A DNA stretch of 64,000 nucleotides from an uncultured Chloroflexia bacterium (GCA_963833225.1 CAWHXD010000008.1:128001-192000), one strand, 5' to 3'; positions 1 to 11,251 are shown, counted from the first letter of the stretch. Numbers and translations: made by a program. The notes: a model not told the origin generated them from the letters alone.

Positions 1-755
1 CGGACGAACCACGCGAGCAGTCCGATGGCCGCCGCCAGCATCGCCCCGACCTGCGGTGACACCCAGCCGAACAGGTCGCCACCCTCCGAGACGGCCACCA
101 GCAACAGCACGATGCCACCGGTGAGGATGGCGGCGCCCATCCAGTCGATGCGCTGCGGGCGCCGCTCGGCGGTCTCGTGGAGCGCGAACCAGATGATCAG
201 GCCTGCCAGGATCCCAACCGGCAGGTTGAGCTCGAACACCCACGGCCAGCCGATGGTCGAGGTGATCAGGCCGCCGATCGCCGGTCCGATGATGGCGGAC
301 ACGCCCCACACGGCCGAGAACCACCCCTGCATCCGGGCGCGGCGTTCCGGCGAGAAGATGTCGCCGGCGATCGTGAACGAGATGGGCTGGACCGCCCCCG
401 CCCCCAGGCCCTGGAGGGCCCGAAAGGCGATCAGCTGGGGCATGGAGACGGCAAACCCGCACAGCACGGAGCCCACGACGAACAGCGTGAGCCCCGCCAT
501 GAACACGGGCTTGCGGCCATGGACATCGGCGAGGCGGGCGTAGATCGGGACGGTGGTCGTGGAGGTCAGCAGGTAGATCGAGAACACCCACGCGTACTCG
601 GACAGGCCACCGAGCTGCCCGATGATGGTGGGCATCGCGGTCCCGACAACCGTCGAGTCCAGCGCCGCCAGCGCGATCGCGGACATGATCCCGACCGTGA
701 CCAGGCGCTGCTCGCGGGTGAGCGGCGCCAGCGCCGCGGGGGGATGGGGGTTCAC
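1..755 (-). CDS. MDR-type MFS efflux transporter (DHA2/EmrB-QacA family), runs off window start
   Basis: Manual minus-strand translation from GTG at 755: ...IALAALDSTVVGTAMPTIIGQLGG...WVFSIYLLTSTTTVPIYARLADVHGRKP, typical of the DHA2 N-terminus. Confidence 0.85.
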   Translation of the reverse strand, partial: MNPHPPAALAPLTREQRLVTVGIMSAIALAALDSTVVGTAMPTIIGQLGGLSEYAWVFSIYLLTSTTTVPIYARLADVHGRKPVFMAGLTLFVVGSVLCGFAVSMPQLIAFRALQGLGAGAVQPISFTIAGDIFSPERRARMQGWFSAVWGVSAIIGPAIGGLITSTIGWPWVFELNLPVGILAGLIIWFALHETAERRPQRIDWMGAAILTGGIVLLLVAVSEGGDLFGWVSPQVGAMLAAAIGLLAWFV

Positions 756-764
756 CCCGCGAGT

Positions 765-1430
765 CTACGGGTGCCGCGGGATGCTCGCGCCCTCAGCCGA
801 TCGTGGCTCGACAGGGTGTCGCAGCAGGGTCCTGAGCTTCTCCGGAGCCGATCGGCCCGGGATCCCCAGGTAGATCTCGTGGTGGTCGCCGCGGGGCCGC
901 ATGCCGGCGGCCTCGATCGACGCGTGCAGCAGCTCGATCGTCGGGCGCTCAGCCGCGTATGGCCCCACGTGCAGGACCTGCGCGACCCGGCCCTCGGCCA
1001 GCTCGTCACGGCGCAGGCGATCCGCCACGCTGGGCTCCATCCTCGCCCGCCCGGCCGCCATCGCGGCCTCCAGCTCGGCCTCCGTGGCGGCACGAGGGAG
1101 GACGATCAGGAGCGTCCACCGCCAGCCGGAGCGATCGTGGTCGGCATCAAAGATCCCGTCCAGGTCAGTCGTCCCGTCCGCCGTCCGGTAGAGGCCCTCC
1201 ACGGGCCCGACCTTCTCCTCCACCCCGCGGCGCTTGAGCGCAAACCGCAGCGAGTAGGCCGCCGCGTACAGGCCGGGCACCAGGGGTGCGAACGCATCGG
1301 GGCCAACGGCGCCCTGGCCATCGACCATGACCGCACGCGCCGGCGGCAGGTCAAGCAACCGGATGACACCGGGCTTGCCCGCAAGCTCCGCGGCTCGATC
1401 CCGCGGTACCTCGAAGACGGGCTCCACCAT
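765..1430 (-). CDS. GyrI-like small-molecule-binding domain protein
   Basis: WRWTLLI, QVLHVGPYAAE and HHEIYLG..P.KLRTLLRHP motifs; start re-placed at MVEPVF. Confidence 0.8.
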   Translation of the reverse strand: MVEPVFEVPRDRAAELAGKPGVIRLLDLPPARAVMVDGQGAVGPDAFAPLVPGLYAAAYSLRFALKRRGVEEKVGPVEGLYRTADGTTDLDGIFDADHDRSGWRWTLLIVLPRAATEAELEAAMAAGRARMEPSVADRLRRDELAEGRVAQVLHVGPYAAERPTIELLHASIEAAGMRPRGDHHEIYLGIPGRSAPEKLRTLLRHPVEPRSAEGASIPRHP

Positions 1431-1480
1431 GGCCCGATGGTGCCGCAGCCGGCCGGCCTCCGACAGGGCCGACTGGAGTG

Positions 1481-1903
1481 TCAGCCTCCGGACGCCTGGG
1501 CCCGCATCGTGGGGCTCTCCTGGACGGACCAGCTGTTGCCGTCCGGGTCGTCGAAGAAGAAGAACGAGTTCCAGTCGTCGCCCTTGCCCTCGGCGAACCC
1601 CGTGCCGTCGTGGTGCTGGATCGCGCTGACGGGGACGCCGGCCGTCGCCAGCCGCTGGCGGGCTGCCTCGATGTCGGCGACGCACAGCTGGAGGCCCTTG
1701 AGCGAGCCCGGCGCCATGGCTGCGAGTCCCGTGCCAATGGTGATCGAGCAGCCGGAGCCCTCCGGCGTCAGCTGGACCACGCGGAAGTGCTCGTTCGGCG
1801 CGTGGTCCACGTCGACGGGAAAGCCGAGCTGGCCGGCGTAGAAGGCCTTGGCCCGGTCGACATCGGACACGGGTACCACCACGACCTCAAGCTTGAACTC
1901 CAT
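1481..1903 (-). CDS. VOC/glyoxalase family protein
   Basis: VPVSDVDRAKAFY and FFDDPDGNSWSVQE motifs. Confidence 0.9.
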   Translation of the reverse strand: MEFKLEVVVVPVSDVDRAKAFYAGQLGFPVDVDHAPNEHFRVVQLTPEGSGCSITIGTGLAAMAPGSLKGLQLCVADIEAARQRLATAGVPVSAIQHHDGTGFAEGKGDDWNSFFFFDDPDGNSWSVQESPTMRAQASGG

Positions 1904-1936
1904 CCGGGTCTCCTCCTGGTGTCGCGATCGAGCGGG

Positions 1937-2431
1937 TCAGGCCTGGGCACGCAGGCGAGCGGCGAGCTCCTCGAGGCGCTGGAAACCCTCCTCCATGCCG
2001 CCGGTCATGCCGCTGGCAAGCATCCCGTCGCGGGCCTCGACGCTCTGGAAGGCTGAGGTCGTGCGGATGAGGGTCCGGGTCCCTCGCTCCACGAGGTCCA
2101 GCGTGTCCAGCGAGACGTGCCCCGGCTCGCCCAGGAACTCGAAGGTCTGGACGAGCCGGTCCGGCGACGGTTCGCCGTGGAAGATGCCTCGGAACACGTA
2201 CTCCGTGCCGTCCGTGTCCACGTGGACATACCGGTAGACGCCGCCGTGGCGGACGTCGTACGCCTCGACCCGCATCCTCAGCCGGCGGGGCCCGAGCCAC
2301 TGCGCGAGCAGTTCCGGCTCGGTGAACGCGCGGTATACGAGGTCCCGCGGGGCATCTACCTCGCGCTCAGTGATGATCAGGGTGCTCGCGGGTTCGGCGG
2401 TGACGTGGATGGCGGGGGTATCGGTGGTCAC
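1937..2431 (-). CDS. SRPBCC/AHSA1-like protein
   Basis: REVDAPRDLVYRAFTEPELLAQWLGP and GMEEGFQRL motifs; follows ArsR gene. Confidence 0.9.
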   Translation of the reverse strand: MTTDTPAIHVTAEPASTLIITEREVDAPRDLVYRAFTEPELLAQWLGPRRLRMRVEAYDVRHGGVYRYVHVDTDGTEYVFRGIFHGEPSPDRLVQTFEFLGEPGHVSLDTLDLVERGTRTLIRTTSAFQSVEARDGMLASGMTGGMEEGFQRLEELAARLRAQA

Positions 2432-2832
2432 GGGACGCGTCCTTTCTCGCTTTGGTGGCTGGGGTGCTGATGGCGGCCGGGTTGGGACTGCAGGTCGTCG
2501 AGCAGCTCGTCGAGTCGCTCGAAGCTCTCCTCCCAGTACTCGCGATAGCCCACGAGCCAGGCGGCTGCCTCCCGGAGCGGCTCGGCGCGCAGGTGGCTGA
2601 GGCGCGCCGTCCCCCGCCGGGTCCTGATGATGAGCCCGGCATCCTCCAGCACGCGAAGGTGCTTGGAGACGGCCGGCTGCGAGATGGGGAGCGGGGCGCG
2701 CAGCTCCCCGACCGACCGCTCACCGTCGACGAGCCTTGCGAGGATGGCCCGTCGCGTCGGATCTGCCAGGGCGCCGAAGACCGAGCTGAGTGGGTCGGGC
2801 GAGTCCTTGATAACCGTGTGGTTATGGAGCAT
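2428..2832 (-). CDS. ArsR/SmtB family transcriptional regulator
   Basis: FGALADPTRRAIL...SQPAVSKHLRVLEDAGLI HTH; overlaps the SRPBCC start. Confidence 0.9.
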   Translation of the reverse strand: MLHNHTVIKDSPDPLSSVFGALADPTRRAILARLVDGERSVGELRAPLPISQPAVSKHLRVLEDAGLIIRTRRGTARLSHLRAEPLREAAAWLVGYREYWEESFERLDELLDDLQSQPGRHQHPSHQSEKGRVP

Positions 2833-3124
2833 GACACCAGTGAAGCGCATTGCAGCGGTTGCTGTCAACCCCGCTGACGCCCGTGGCAGTCCGGGACTGC
2901 CAGTCGCAGCAACGGCCGGTTTCGGGTCAATCTGGGGTGCCCCAGTCCCGGGCGAGCGCAACGCACGCCGGAGTTCCCATCCACTCGGGGACCACGGAGC
3001 CCCGAACTGAGGCTGGACCTTGGTGCGCTGGCGACTGCGAGACCCCGGACACGAGCGCTCCCGCGAGTCGCAGCGACCTGGGGCGGCGCGCCGTTCAGCG
3101 CCCGGCTCCGCTCCGGTCCGCGCC

Positions 3125-4363
3125 TCAGGGCAGCGGTTCACCCTTCGCGAACCGGACCATCAGGTCCGTGTAGCCCTCGATGCCGCGCTCGTAGCCGATC
3201 GCCCACCAGCCGGCGCCCGCCAGACCTCGCTCGTTTGCGAGGGCCAGCTTGGATGCCAGGGTCTCGGGCGAGTCCACGTACACGGCCTGCCACGTCCGCG
3301 CGTCCGCCGAGGCGCCGGGTTCGATCGAGGGCGCCCCAACCGATCCGTCGGAGCCCAGCAGGTAGACATCCACCTGCTCGACCTGGTCGTGAAACGGCAC
3401 CGCGCTGGGGTCACTCAACAGGTCCACGTGGCTGCGCGGGAACCAGGCCTCGCCTCGACCCGTGGACGGTGCGCCCACGACCGGTCCCGCGACCGGCCAC
3501 TCGACGCCGTACAGCGGCAGGCCGAGCAGGAGGCGTTCGGGCGGCACGCCGAGCAGCGCGTACATGTCGAGCGAGCTGCGGAGCGAGAGACGCTCCCCGT
3601 CGCTCCGGTCCAGCGGGGACGTCGCCCCCGGTTGCGAGCGACCGGTGCGGTAGTCGTAGCCCATCAGGAAGATGCGGTCCACGCCGGCGGACCCGGCGGC
3701 GGCGGCCATCGCCGCCCCCACGGAGTGCGCGCCCGTCGCAACCGAGACCTGGTCGCCCGGATCGGCGGCCACGACGGCCGCCCGGATGGCCACGAGGAAC
3801 GCCGCGTACGCGGGGAGGAGCGTCGCGTCCAGTGCCTCGATGTCCACGTTGATCCCGTCGAGGCCCAGCTCGCCCACGAGGCCCACCAGTCCCGCGATCA
3901 CGGCCGTCTGCATCTCCGGTCGCCCGAGCAGCTTGCGGTTGCGACTCGCGCCGAAGCTGGTGTACACGAGCTCCACCCGCGTCCCACGATCGTGGGCCTC
4001 GTCGATCAGCCGGCGCCCCACGTCCCCGGTGATCAGGGCATAGCCCTGCTGCCGGGTGTTGAGGGCCCCCTTGCTCGTGTGCGTGACGCTGAACAGCGCG
4101 AGGGTCGTGAGCGGCGTGTGCGACAGGTGGTCGGCGATGGCCTCGTCGTCCATCTCCCAGTACGGGAGGTACCCATAGAGCTCGTGGCCCGGCTTCGGGA
4201 CGACGGCGGGGGGCGGTGCCGTCGCCCCCGGCTCGCGGCTCGGGGCCAGGGAGCCCGACGCGCTTGGCCCCGCGGTCAGGCGCGGGTCGCTTCCACACGC
4301 CATGAGCACGACGGCCAGCAGCAGCGCGGTTGTCCTGGTGAGAACGTGGATCGAGCTTGGCAC
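3125..4363 (-). CDS. Glycoside hydrolase family 18 lipoprotein
   Basis: Lipobox-like LMAC; LDGINVDIE; FLMGYDY; LLLGLPLYG; GLAGAGWWAIGYE. Confidence 0.8.
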   Translation of the reverse strand: MPSSIHVLTRTTALLLAVVLMACGSDPRLTAGPSASGSLAPSREPGATAPPPAVVPKPGHELYGYLPYWEMDDEAIADHLSHTPLTTLALFSVTHTSKGALNTRQQGYALITGDVGRRLIDEAHDRGTRVELVYTSFGASRNRKLLGRPEMQTAVIAGLVGLVGELGLDGINVDIEALDATLLPAYAAFLVAIRAAVVAADPGDQVSVATGAHSVGAAMAAAAGSAGVDRIFLMGYDYRTGRSQPGATSPLDRSDGERLSLRSSLDMYALLGVPPERLLLGLPLYGVEWPVAGPVVGAPSTGRGEAWFPRSHVDLLSDPSAVPFHDQVEQVDVYLLGSDGSVGAPSIEPGASADARTWQAVYVDSPETLASKLALANERGLAGAGWWAIGYERGIEGYTDLMVRFAKGEPLP

Positions 4364-4522
4364 GGGCTGAGGGTGCGGCCGCGCCGCCGTCCGGTCAAAT
4401 GGTGGTACGTGCTCGCGACAGCCGCGTGTTCAGAACGCAACCGGAACCTCACCTGGGACCCTTGACGCCGTCAGCCGGGAGATGGACGATCGTTGACGGA
4501 ACGACGCCAGGGGATCGACGCC

Positions 4523-4756
4523 ATGACAGTCCAAGCGGCGAATTCAGGACGTTCCCCGGGGCCGGTGAGCCTCGAGCGACGCGCCATGGCCCTCTGGCCG
4601 CGGCTTGATCGCGCGGCGCTCCGCCGCTGCCACCAGGATCCCGGCAAGATCGCTGCGCTGATCTCGAGGCGGACCTCGCTGTCCCCCGAGACCATCAAGC
4701 AGGTCCTGCTCATGCCGGCGGTCAGCGACGAGGAGGTCTCCACCTGGTTCGGCTGA
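4523..4756 (+). CDS. Small hypothetical protein, weakly CsbD/YjbJ-like
   Basis: 77-aa ORF with plausible codon use; WPRLDRAALRR...IAALISRRTSLS pattern. Confidence 0.5.
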   Translation: MTVQAANSGRSPGPVSLERRAMALWPRLDRAALRRCHQDPGKIAALISRRTSLSPETIKQVLLMPAVSDEEVSTWFG

Positions 4757-4770
4757 CCAGCTCACCGGGG

Positions 4771-6498
4771 TCAGCCCGTGCCTGACTCGAACTGGAGACG
4801 GTACAGCCGCGCGTAGAGACCGCCCGCGTCCAGCAGCTCCCCGTGACTTCCCAGCTCCACCAGCCAGCCGTCATCGAGCACCGCGATCCGCGTTGCCGCC
4901 CGGATCGTGGACAGCCGGTGGGCCACGATCACCGTGGTCCGTCCCACCTTGAGCCGGTCGAGGGCCTCCTGGACCAGGCGTTCCGACTCGTTGTCCAGCG
5001 AGCTCGTCGCCTCGTCGAGCAACAGGATGGGTGGGTCCTTGAGGATCGCGCGGGCGATCGCGATCCGCTGGCGCTGCCCGCCGGACAGCCGTGAGCCGCG
5101 ATCGCCGACCGGCGTCGCGTACCCGCCCGGCATCGCCGTGATGAACTCGTGGGCATTGGCGGCGCGAGCGGCCGCCTCGATCTCCGCGTCGCTGGCGTCG
5201 AGCCGCCCGTACCGGATGTTGTCGTGGACGGTTCCCCCGAACAGGACGGCCTCCTGGGGCACGAGGCCGATCTGCGAACGCAGGCTGGCGGCCGTGACCT
5301 CGCGGACATCGGTGCCGTCGACGCGGATCGCGCCCCGCGTCACGTCCCACAGCCGCGGGAGGAGCGACACCAGCGTCGTCTTGCCCGCGCCCGACGGGCC
5401 GACCAGCGCGAGGACCTCGCCGGCCGGGATCTCGAGGCTGACATCGCGGATGACCTCGGTCACGCCGTCGTACGCGAACGACACGTGGTCCAGGCTGACC
5501 GCACCGCGCACGCGGGGCAGCGCGACGGCTCCGGGCGCGTCGCGGATGGTGGGCTCCATGTCCAGGATCTCGAACACGCGCGCCACGGCACCGGTGCCTT
5601 CCCGGAACTGCCCGTACAGGCCCGCGATGCTGGCCAGGCTGCCGCCGATCGCCACGCCGTAGAGCAGGAACCCGGTGAGGGTTCCGATCGAGAGGCTGCC
5701 GTCGATCACGCGGTGCCCCGTGTACCACAGGAGCACGGCGATGGCGCCGAACCCCAGGAAGCCCATCATGGCCCCGAAGCCGGCCCGCCACAGCGCCAGA
5801 CGCGAGCCCTGGGCCACCACGCCGCCGAGGTTCGTCCCATACCGATCGGTCTCGAAGCCCTCACGGACGTAGCTCTTGACCACCCGGATGCCGCCCAGCG
5901 CCTCCTCGGCGGTCACCGTGCTGTGGGCGATCGCGTCCTGGACCTGCGTGGCAACCCGCTGGAGCGGACGGCCGAACACGATCGCCACGACGATCAGCGC
6001 CGGGGCGAGGAGCAGGGCCACCAGCAGCAGCGTGGGGCTGAGGGTGAACAGGATCGCGACCGAGCCCACCAGGCCGATCACCGACGACAGCAGCGAGGTC
6101 GTCGTCTGGGTCAGCATCGTGCGCACGAGGGTCACGTCACTGGACAGGCGTGAGACCAGCTCCCCCACCCGGCTGCGCGCGTGGAAGTCGAGCGACAGCG
6201 TCACCAGCCGCTCGAACAGCTCGCCGCGCAGCTGGGCGACGATCCGCTCCCCCACCACGCCCAGCAGCCAGGTCTGGACAAAGCCGCCCGCCGACTGGGC
6301 CAGGAACAGGACCACGAGCCCGCCGATCAGCCGGTCCAGGCCGGCGCCATCGCCGCCCGCCACGACCTGCGTCACGAGGCCCGCGACGACCAGCGGGACG
6401 AGGAGGCCGAGCCCGGACCCCAGCACCAGGCCCACCAGCGCGACCGAGAACGGGCGAAGGTGCGGCCGCAGGTACCGGAACAGGCGGCGCCAGGGCAC
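4771..6498 (-). CDS. ABC exporter, fused permease/ATPase (MsbA-like)
   Basis: TM domain plus GPSGAGKT, LSGGQRQR and LLLDEATSSLD. Confidence 0.92.
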   Translation of the reverse strand: MPWRRLFRYLRPHLRPFSVALVGLVLGSGLGLLVPLVVAGLVTQVVAGGDGAGLDRLIGGLVVLFLAQSAGGFVQTWLLGVVGERIVAQLRGELFERLVTLSLDFHARSRVGELVSRLSSDVTLVRTMLTQTTTSLLSSVIGLVGSVAILFTLSPTLLLVALLLAPALIVVAIVFGRPLQRVATQVQDAIAHSTVTAEEALGGIRVVKSYVREGFETDRYGTNLGGVVAQGSRLALWRAGFGAMMGFLGFGAIAVLLWYTGHRVIDGSLSIGTLTGFLLYGVAIGGSLASIAGLYGQFREGTGAVARVFEILDMEPTIRDAPGAVALPRVRGAVSLDHVSFAYDGVTEVIRDVSLEIPAGEVLALVGPSGAGKTTLVSLLPRLWDVTRGAIRVDGTDVREVTAASLRSQIGLVPQEAVLFGGTVHDNIRYGRLDASDAEIEAAARAANAHEFITAMPGGYATPVGDRGSRLSGGQRQRIAIARAILKDPPILLLDEATSSLDNESERLVQEALDRLKVGRTTVIVAHRLSTIRAATRIAVLDDGWLVELGSHGELLDAGGLYARLYRLQFESGTG

Positions 6499-6612
6499 GC
6501 CGCCGCCTGCCGAGCGCGCGGCGTGCCATCTCGCGCGGCGATGCGCGCGTCGACGCCGGGGGTTCCATGCCGGCGATCATGCCATGGGAGGCCGCGCGGG
6601 CCTCCCAGGCTG

Positions 6613-7545
6613 TCAGCCGCGGACCGAGGCCATGATCGCGGCGGCGCCGGCGTGGTCGGCGAACGAGGCCTGGGTGCCCGGACGCGTGACGCTGTCAGCC
6701 GCGAACGCGCACCCCAGCCGCGCGGCGTCCACCGCGTCCCATCCCTCGGCAAGCCCGACGGCGAAGGCGCCGACGAACGCGTCGCCCGCCCCCGTGGTGT
6801 CCGTCGCCGTGACCGGGCCGGCCGCCACCCGGGTGACGTCGCCCGCCGCGCGGGAGGACCGCGGCACCACGCTCGCCGAGGGTCACGAGGAACGAGACGC
6901 CGAGGCGCCCGGCGAGCGCCGTGATCAGCACGTCCTCCGCGGCCTCATCGCCGTCGAGCGTGCCCCCGCCGATGAGCGCGAACTCGTGCTCGTTGGGCAC
7001 CAGCCAGTCGGTGGCGGCGAGGAGCGCCGGGATCCAGGTCGTCGGCGGGTGCCGGGTTGAGCACGGTGGTGATCCGCCGGGCGCGCGCCGCCGCGAACGC
7101 GGCCGCGGTGACCCCCTGGGGGATCTCGAACTGGCCCACGACCACCGCGGGTGCGAGGGCCTCCACGGCCTCGACCGCGAGCGCCGCCGGAACGTGGCGG
7201 TTCGCGCCGGGGACGATGATGATCCGGTTCATCCCCGCGCCGTCCACCCAGATCGGCGCCACGCCCGATGACCCGGGAACGCGTCGCACGAACGTGGTGT
7301 CCACGCCCTGCTCCGCGAAGTTGGCCAGGGTCTCCGCCCCGTACGAGTCCTCGCCAACGGTGTTGACCATGGACACCCGGGCGCCGAAGCCGCGCGGCCG
7401 CCACGGCCTGGTTGGCGCCCTTGCCGCCAAAGCCCATCCGGAAGTCCGTGCCCACCAGCGTCTCGCCCGCCTCGGGCAGACGGTCCGCGTAGGCGATCAG
7501 GTCGATCATGGTGCTGCCGACGACGAGGATGGACGGATTCGGCAT
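6613..7545 (-). CDS. rbsK: Ribokinase (PfkB family), split by apparent frameshifts
   Basis: VVGSTMIDL..., [19 protein letters not shown] and [13 protein letters not shown] found across successive frames. Confidence 0.8.
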
Positions 7546-7701
7546 TGGTTCCCCTGTGTTGCGAAGGGATGGGGTCCGGCCCCAGAATGGTCGCGTGTCG
7601 GACGCTTCGATGCTGGCCGTTCGTGCACGTCGTCTTGATCGCGACGCCGGCCCGCGAGGAGCGTGATCGAGCTGCGGCTCGAGCCCAGGAGCCGAACCAG
7701 C

Positions 7702-8691
7702 ATGAGCCTCATCGAGCGCAGCCCAGCGCTGCAATCCGTCCTGCCCGTCATCGAAGCGTCGCGACACGTCCGCACCCATCCCGAGGAGATCGCTCGGGTG
7801 GCCGCGTGGATGGCCTACGAGGAGTTCTCGCTGCCCGGCGATATGTTCGCGTTCCCGATGGGCGACGATCCCGACCATCTCCTCGACGTGATCATGCTGT
7901 CGTCGACCCTCGACTTCGCGTTCACGGACTTCTCGACGTCGGTCAAGTTCGAGACCAGCTACCGGGGCGCCACCTGGAGCGACTCGGACGCGATGTTCGC
8001 CTGCCTCCACCGGGCCATCGAGGGCGGGATCCCGATGATGTCCGGAGCGTGGCAGGCCAGCTGCACGCGCGCCGATCTCGAGCGGATCTTCGCGGGCAAC
8101 ATCGAGATGCCCATGCTCGACGAGCGGGTGACGATCCTCAACGAGACCGGGGCGATCCTCGTCGACCGGTTCGAGGGTCGCTGGGCGGCATGGGCACGCA
8201 CCTGCGACCGGGCGCTGTACGCCGATGGCAACGGGATGCTCGAGCGCCTGGAGGCGGACTTCCCCCGGTTCCGGGACGTGTCCCGCTACGACGACGCCGA
8301 TGTCCGGATCCTCAAGCTGGCCCAGCTCGCGCTGTGGTCGCTGCACGCGACCTGGTCCACGCACGGCCTCGAGGGCTTCCCCGATCTCGACCGCATGAGC
8401 GCGTTCGCCGACTACATCGTCCCGGTGGGCTTGCGCCTGATGGGGATCACGTCCTACACGCCCGCCCTCGAGACCCGCATCAACCGCGGCGACCTCATCC
8501 CGCGCGACAGCGAGGAGGAGATCGAGATCCGGGCCCACACGCTGTATGCCACCGCGTTGCTGACCGAGGCCTGCAACGCGCTTCGCCCGGCGGACCGGCA
8601 GCTCGTGATCCCCCAGATCGACTACCGCTTCTGGAAGCCGTTCCACACGACCCACTGGCCGCATCACCTGACACGGACGGTCATGTACTAG
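7702..8691 (+). CDS. Queuosine salvage protein (DUF2419; Qng1-type queuosine 5'-phosphate N-glycosylase/hydrolase)
   Basis: F.D...Y....[30 protein letters not shown] and terminal HHLTRTVMY; AGGAG SD. Confidence 0.85.
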   Translation: MSLIERSPALQSVLPVIEASRHVRTHPEEIARVAAWMAYEEFSLPGDMFAFPMGDDPDHLLDVIMLSSTLDFAFTDFSTSVKFETSYRGATWSDSDAMFACLHRAIEGGIPMMSGAWQASCTRADLERIFAGNIEMPMLDERVTILNETGAILVDRFEGRWAAWARTCDRALYADGNGMLERLEADFPRFRDVSRYDDADVRILKLAQLALWSLHATWSTHGLEGFPDLDRMSAFADYIVPVGLRLMGITSYTPALETRINRGDLIPRDSEEEIEIRAHTLYATALLTEACNALRPADRQLVIPQIDYRFWKPFHTTHWPHHLTRTVMY

Positions 8692-8693
8692 GC

Positions 8694-10025
8694 ATGGCGG
8701 GTCCCCTGGGTTCGTTCCGGTTCCTGCTGGCACACCCCGGCGGCCTCGCCCAGTCGGTCTTCGGCCTGCTGGGCCGGGCGCCGGGGGCGATGCTGTCCGT
8801 GGGCTTCGTGGCCGCCGCCTCGTCCGCGGGCGGTGATGCCGGCTACGCGCTCGGCGGCCTGGCGGCCGGGAGCTACTCCCTCGCCAGCGCGGTCGCGGGT
8901 CCCACCCTCGGCCGCCTGGCCGACCTGCACGGACAGCGCCGGATCGGGGTGCCGTTCGCGCTGGTCTCCGCGACGGCCGCCCTCGCCGCGGTCGCCTCGC
9001 TGCTGACCCTGGGTGCCTCGTGGCTGCTCGTCCCCCTGGCCGCCCTGGCCGGTGGCTCCCAGCCAAACGTCGGGGCGTTTGCGCGGGTGCGCTGGGCGGC
9101 GCTCCTTCACGATCGAGACCGCGCCACCAGTGCCCAGGCCCTCGAATCGATCATCGACGAGCTCACCTTCCTGATCGGCCCGCCGGTCGTGGCCCTGCTG
9201 GCCGGGGTCTGGTTCGACGGCCTGCCGATCGCCCTGGCGGCCGCGCTGCTGCTGATGGGGATGGGCGGCATCACGTCCAGGCTGGGGTTGCCGGCGCCGG
9301 CGCCGCACCCGGTGGCCTCGGGCACCTCGCGCTGGCGGACGGAGTTCCCCGCCGGGCGCGGCCTGCTCGTCTCGGTGCTCCTGATGGGCGGCGTGCTGGG
9401 AGCCATCCAGGTCCTCCAGCTCGCCTACTGCCGGTTCATCGGCCTCGCGGAAGGCGCCGCGCTCGTGTTCTTCGTCAACTCCGGGCTCTCGCTCGTCGGC
9501 GCGCTGGTGGTCGGGTCCATCGCCTGGCGAACGCCGGGGAGGCGCCGGTTCACGATCGCGCTGGTCGTGTACGCGGTGGCGGTCCTGCCGTCTGCCGTCG
9601 TCACGGGCTACCTCCCGTTCGTGCTGGCCTCGGCGCTTGCCGGCGTCGCGATCGCCCCGACGTTCGTCCAGGTCAACGCCGTGATCGCCGAGGAGACGCC
9701 GGCCCGGGTCCGGACCGCGGCCTTCGCCCTCGTCGCGTCGGCCGCGGGGCTGGGGATCGCGCTGGGCGCGGCGCTGGCCGGCTGGGTCATCAGCCAGGCG
9801 GGTGGCGACCAGGCCCGGCTGATCCTGGTGCCCCTCGCCGCCATGACGGCCGTCGCGGGGATCGTCGCCGACGCGGTGCACCGGACGCACCGGATCGATG
9901 AGCCGCCGACGCCGCTCGAGCCCGAGCTCGAGGCGCCGATGGTGCCCGCCCCCGCTCCCCCGCCGTTCCCGCCGGGCTCGCACGGACGTGACCAGGCGCC
10001 GGGGCCCTCAGGCGATCCGCGTTAG
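8694..10025 (+). CDS. MFS transporter
   Basis: About 12 hydrophobic segments, [11 protein letters not shown] motif [14 protein letters not shown]; starts 2 nt after the Qng1 stop. Confidence 0.85.
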   Translation: MAGPLGSFRFLLAHPGGLAQSVFGLLGRAPGAMLSVGFVAAASSAGGDAGYALGGLAAGSYSLASAVAGPTLGRLADLHGQRRIGVPFALVSATAALAAVASLLTLGASWLLVPLAALAGGSQPNVGAFARVRWAALLHDRDRATSAQALESIIDELTFLIGPPVVALLAGVWFDGLPIALAAALLLMGMGGITSRLGLPAPAPHPVASGTSRWRTEFPAGRGLLVSVLLMGGVLGAIQVLQLAYCRFIGLAEGAALVFFVNSGLSLVGALVVGSIAWRTPGRRRFTIALVVYAVAVLPSAVVTGYLPFVLASALAGVAIAPTFVQVNAVIAEETPARVRTAAFALVASAAGLGIALGAALAGWVISQAGGDQARLILVPLAAMTAVAGIVADAVHRTHRIDEPPTPLEPELEAPMVPAPAPPPFPPGSHGRDQAPGPSGDPR

Positions 10026-11251
10026 GGCGATCTCCAGGCGCTGGTACCCCCGGAACTGGAACATCGGGCTGCGGATCGCCGGCGGCAGGATCACCAGCTC
10101 ATCCTCCGACGAGGCCAGCTCGCGCAGGGTCGTCTCCATCTCCATCCGCGCCAGCGGGGCCCCGATGCAGAAGTGGATCCCGCCGCCGAACGCGAGGTGC
10201 GAGGTGTCCGCCCGCGTGACGTCGAACCGGTCCGGGTCCGGGAAGCGCCTGGGATCCCGGTTCGCGGCGCCCAGCACGAGTGCCAGGCGGGAGCCACGCG
10301 GGAGCGGCACCCCGTCGATCTCGACGCCGTCATCGAGCACCCAGCGCTCGAACCACTGGAGCGGCGGGTCGAAGCGGAGGATCTCCTCGATGGCCGCCCT
10401 GATCTCCACCTCGCCCCGGCGGATTCGCCGCCACTGGTCGGGATGCGCGGCCAGCGCGGCGACGCCGTTGGAGGTCGCGTTGACCGTGGCCTCGTGCCCG
10501 GCCATGAGCAGGACCATCGCGGTTGACACGACCTGGTCGTCGGTGAGCCGCTCCCCATCCACCGTGGCCTCGAGGAGGGCGCTCATCATGTCCTCGGCCG
10601 GGTGCCGCCGACGATGGGCCACGACATCGAGCAGGTATCGCCGGAAGTCGCCGGCCGCCCGGTTGGCGGCCGCCTGCTGCGCTTCCGATGGATGCGGCTC
10701 GTACATGGTGATCGTCGCGTCCGACAGCTCCTTGATGGTCTCCCGATCGTCGGGCGACACCCCGATCAGGTCGCAGATGATCCCCAGCGAGAAGTGCTGG
10801 GCATAGGCACCCACGAGCTCCACCGACCCGGCCTCGCGTGCGGGCGTCAGCAGTGCGTGCGGCCCGGGTAGTCGATGCCGCTGCGCAGGGCCTCCACGGC
10901 GCGCGGCGTGAACGCCTCCAGCACCAGCCGTCGCAGTCGCGTGTGGACCGGCGGCTCGAGGTTGAGCAGCTCCCACCGCTCAAACGCCTGGTAGTCCGTC
11001 CAGCGGGGGTCGCGCCAGGTCGGGATACCCGGTGGCAGGTCCAGCTCCTCGGGCGTGTAGCGGTGCAGGAACGAGGAGCCCAGCCGCTTGTCCCGGAACG
11101 CCGCGTGCACGTCCGCATGGCGGGTGAGGTAGTGGAGATGGTCGCCGGGTTGCGTGAACACCGCCCCCGGTGACTCCCTCGCGATCGCGTACGCGGGATA
11201 CGGGTCCGCGACGAACGCGGGGTCAGCGGGGTCGAGGACGAGGCCGGTCAC
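10008..11251 (-). CDS. Cytochrome P450 (one frameshift near 10850)
   Basis: EPPVHTRLRRL, AGHEAT (I helix), EEILR (ExxR), HLAFGGGIHFCIG (heme Cys). Confidence 0.9.
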
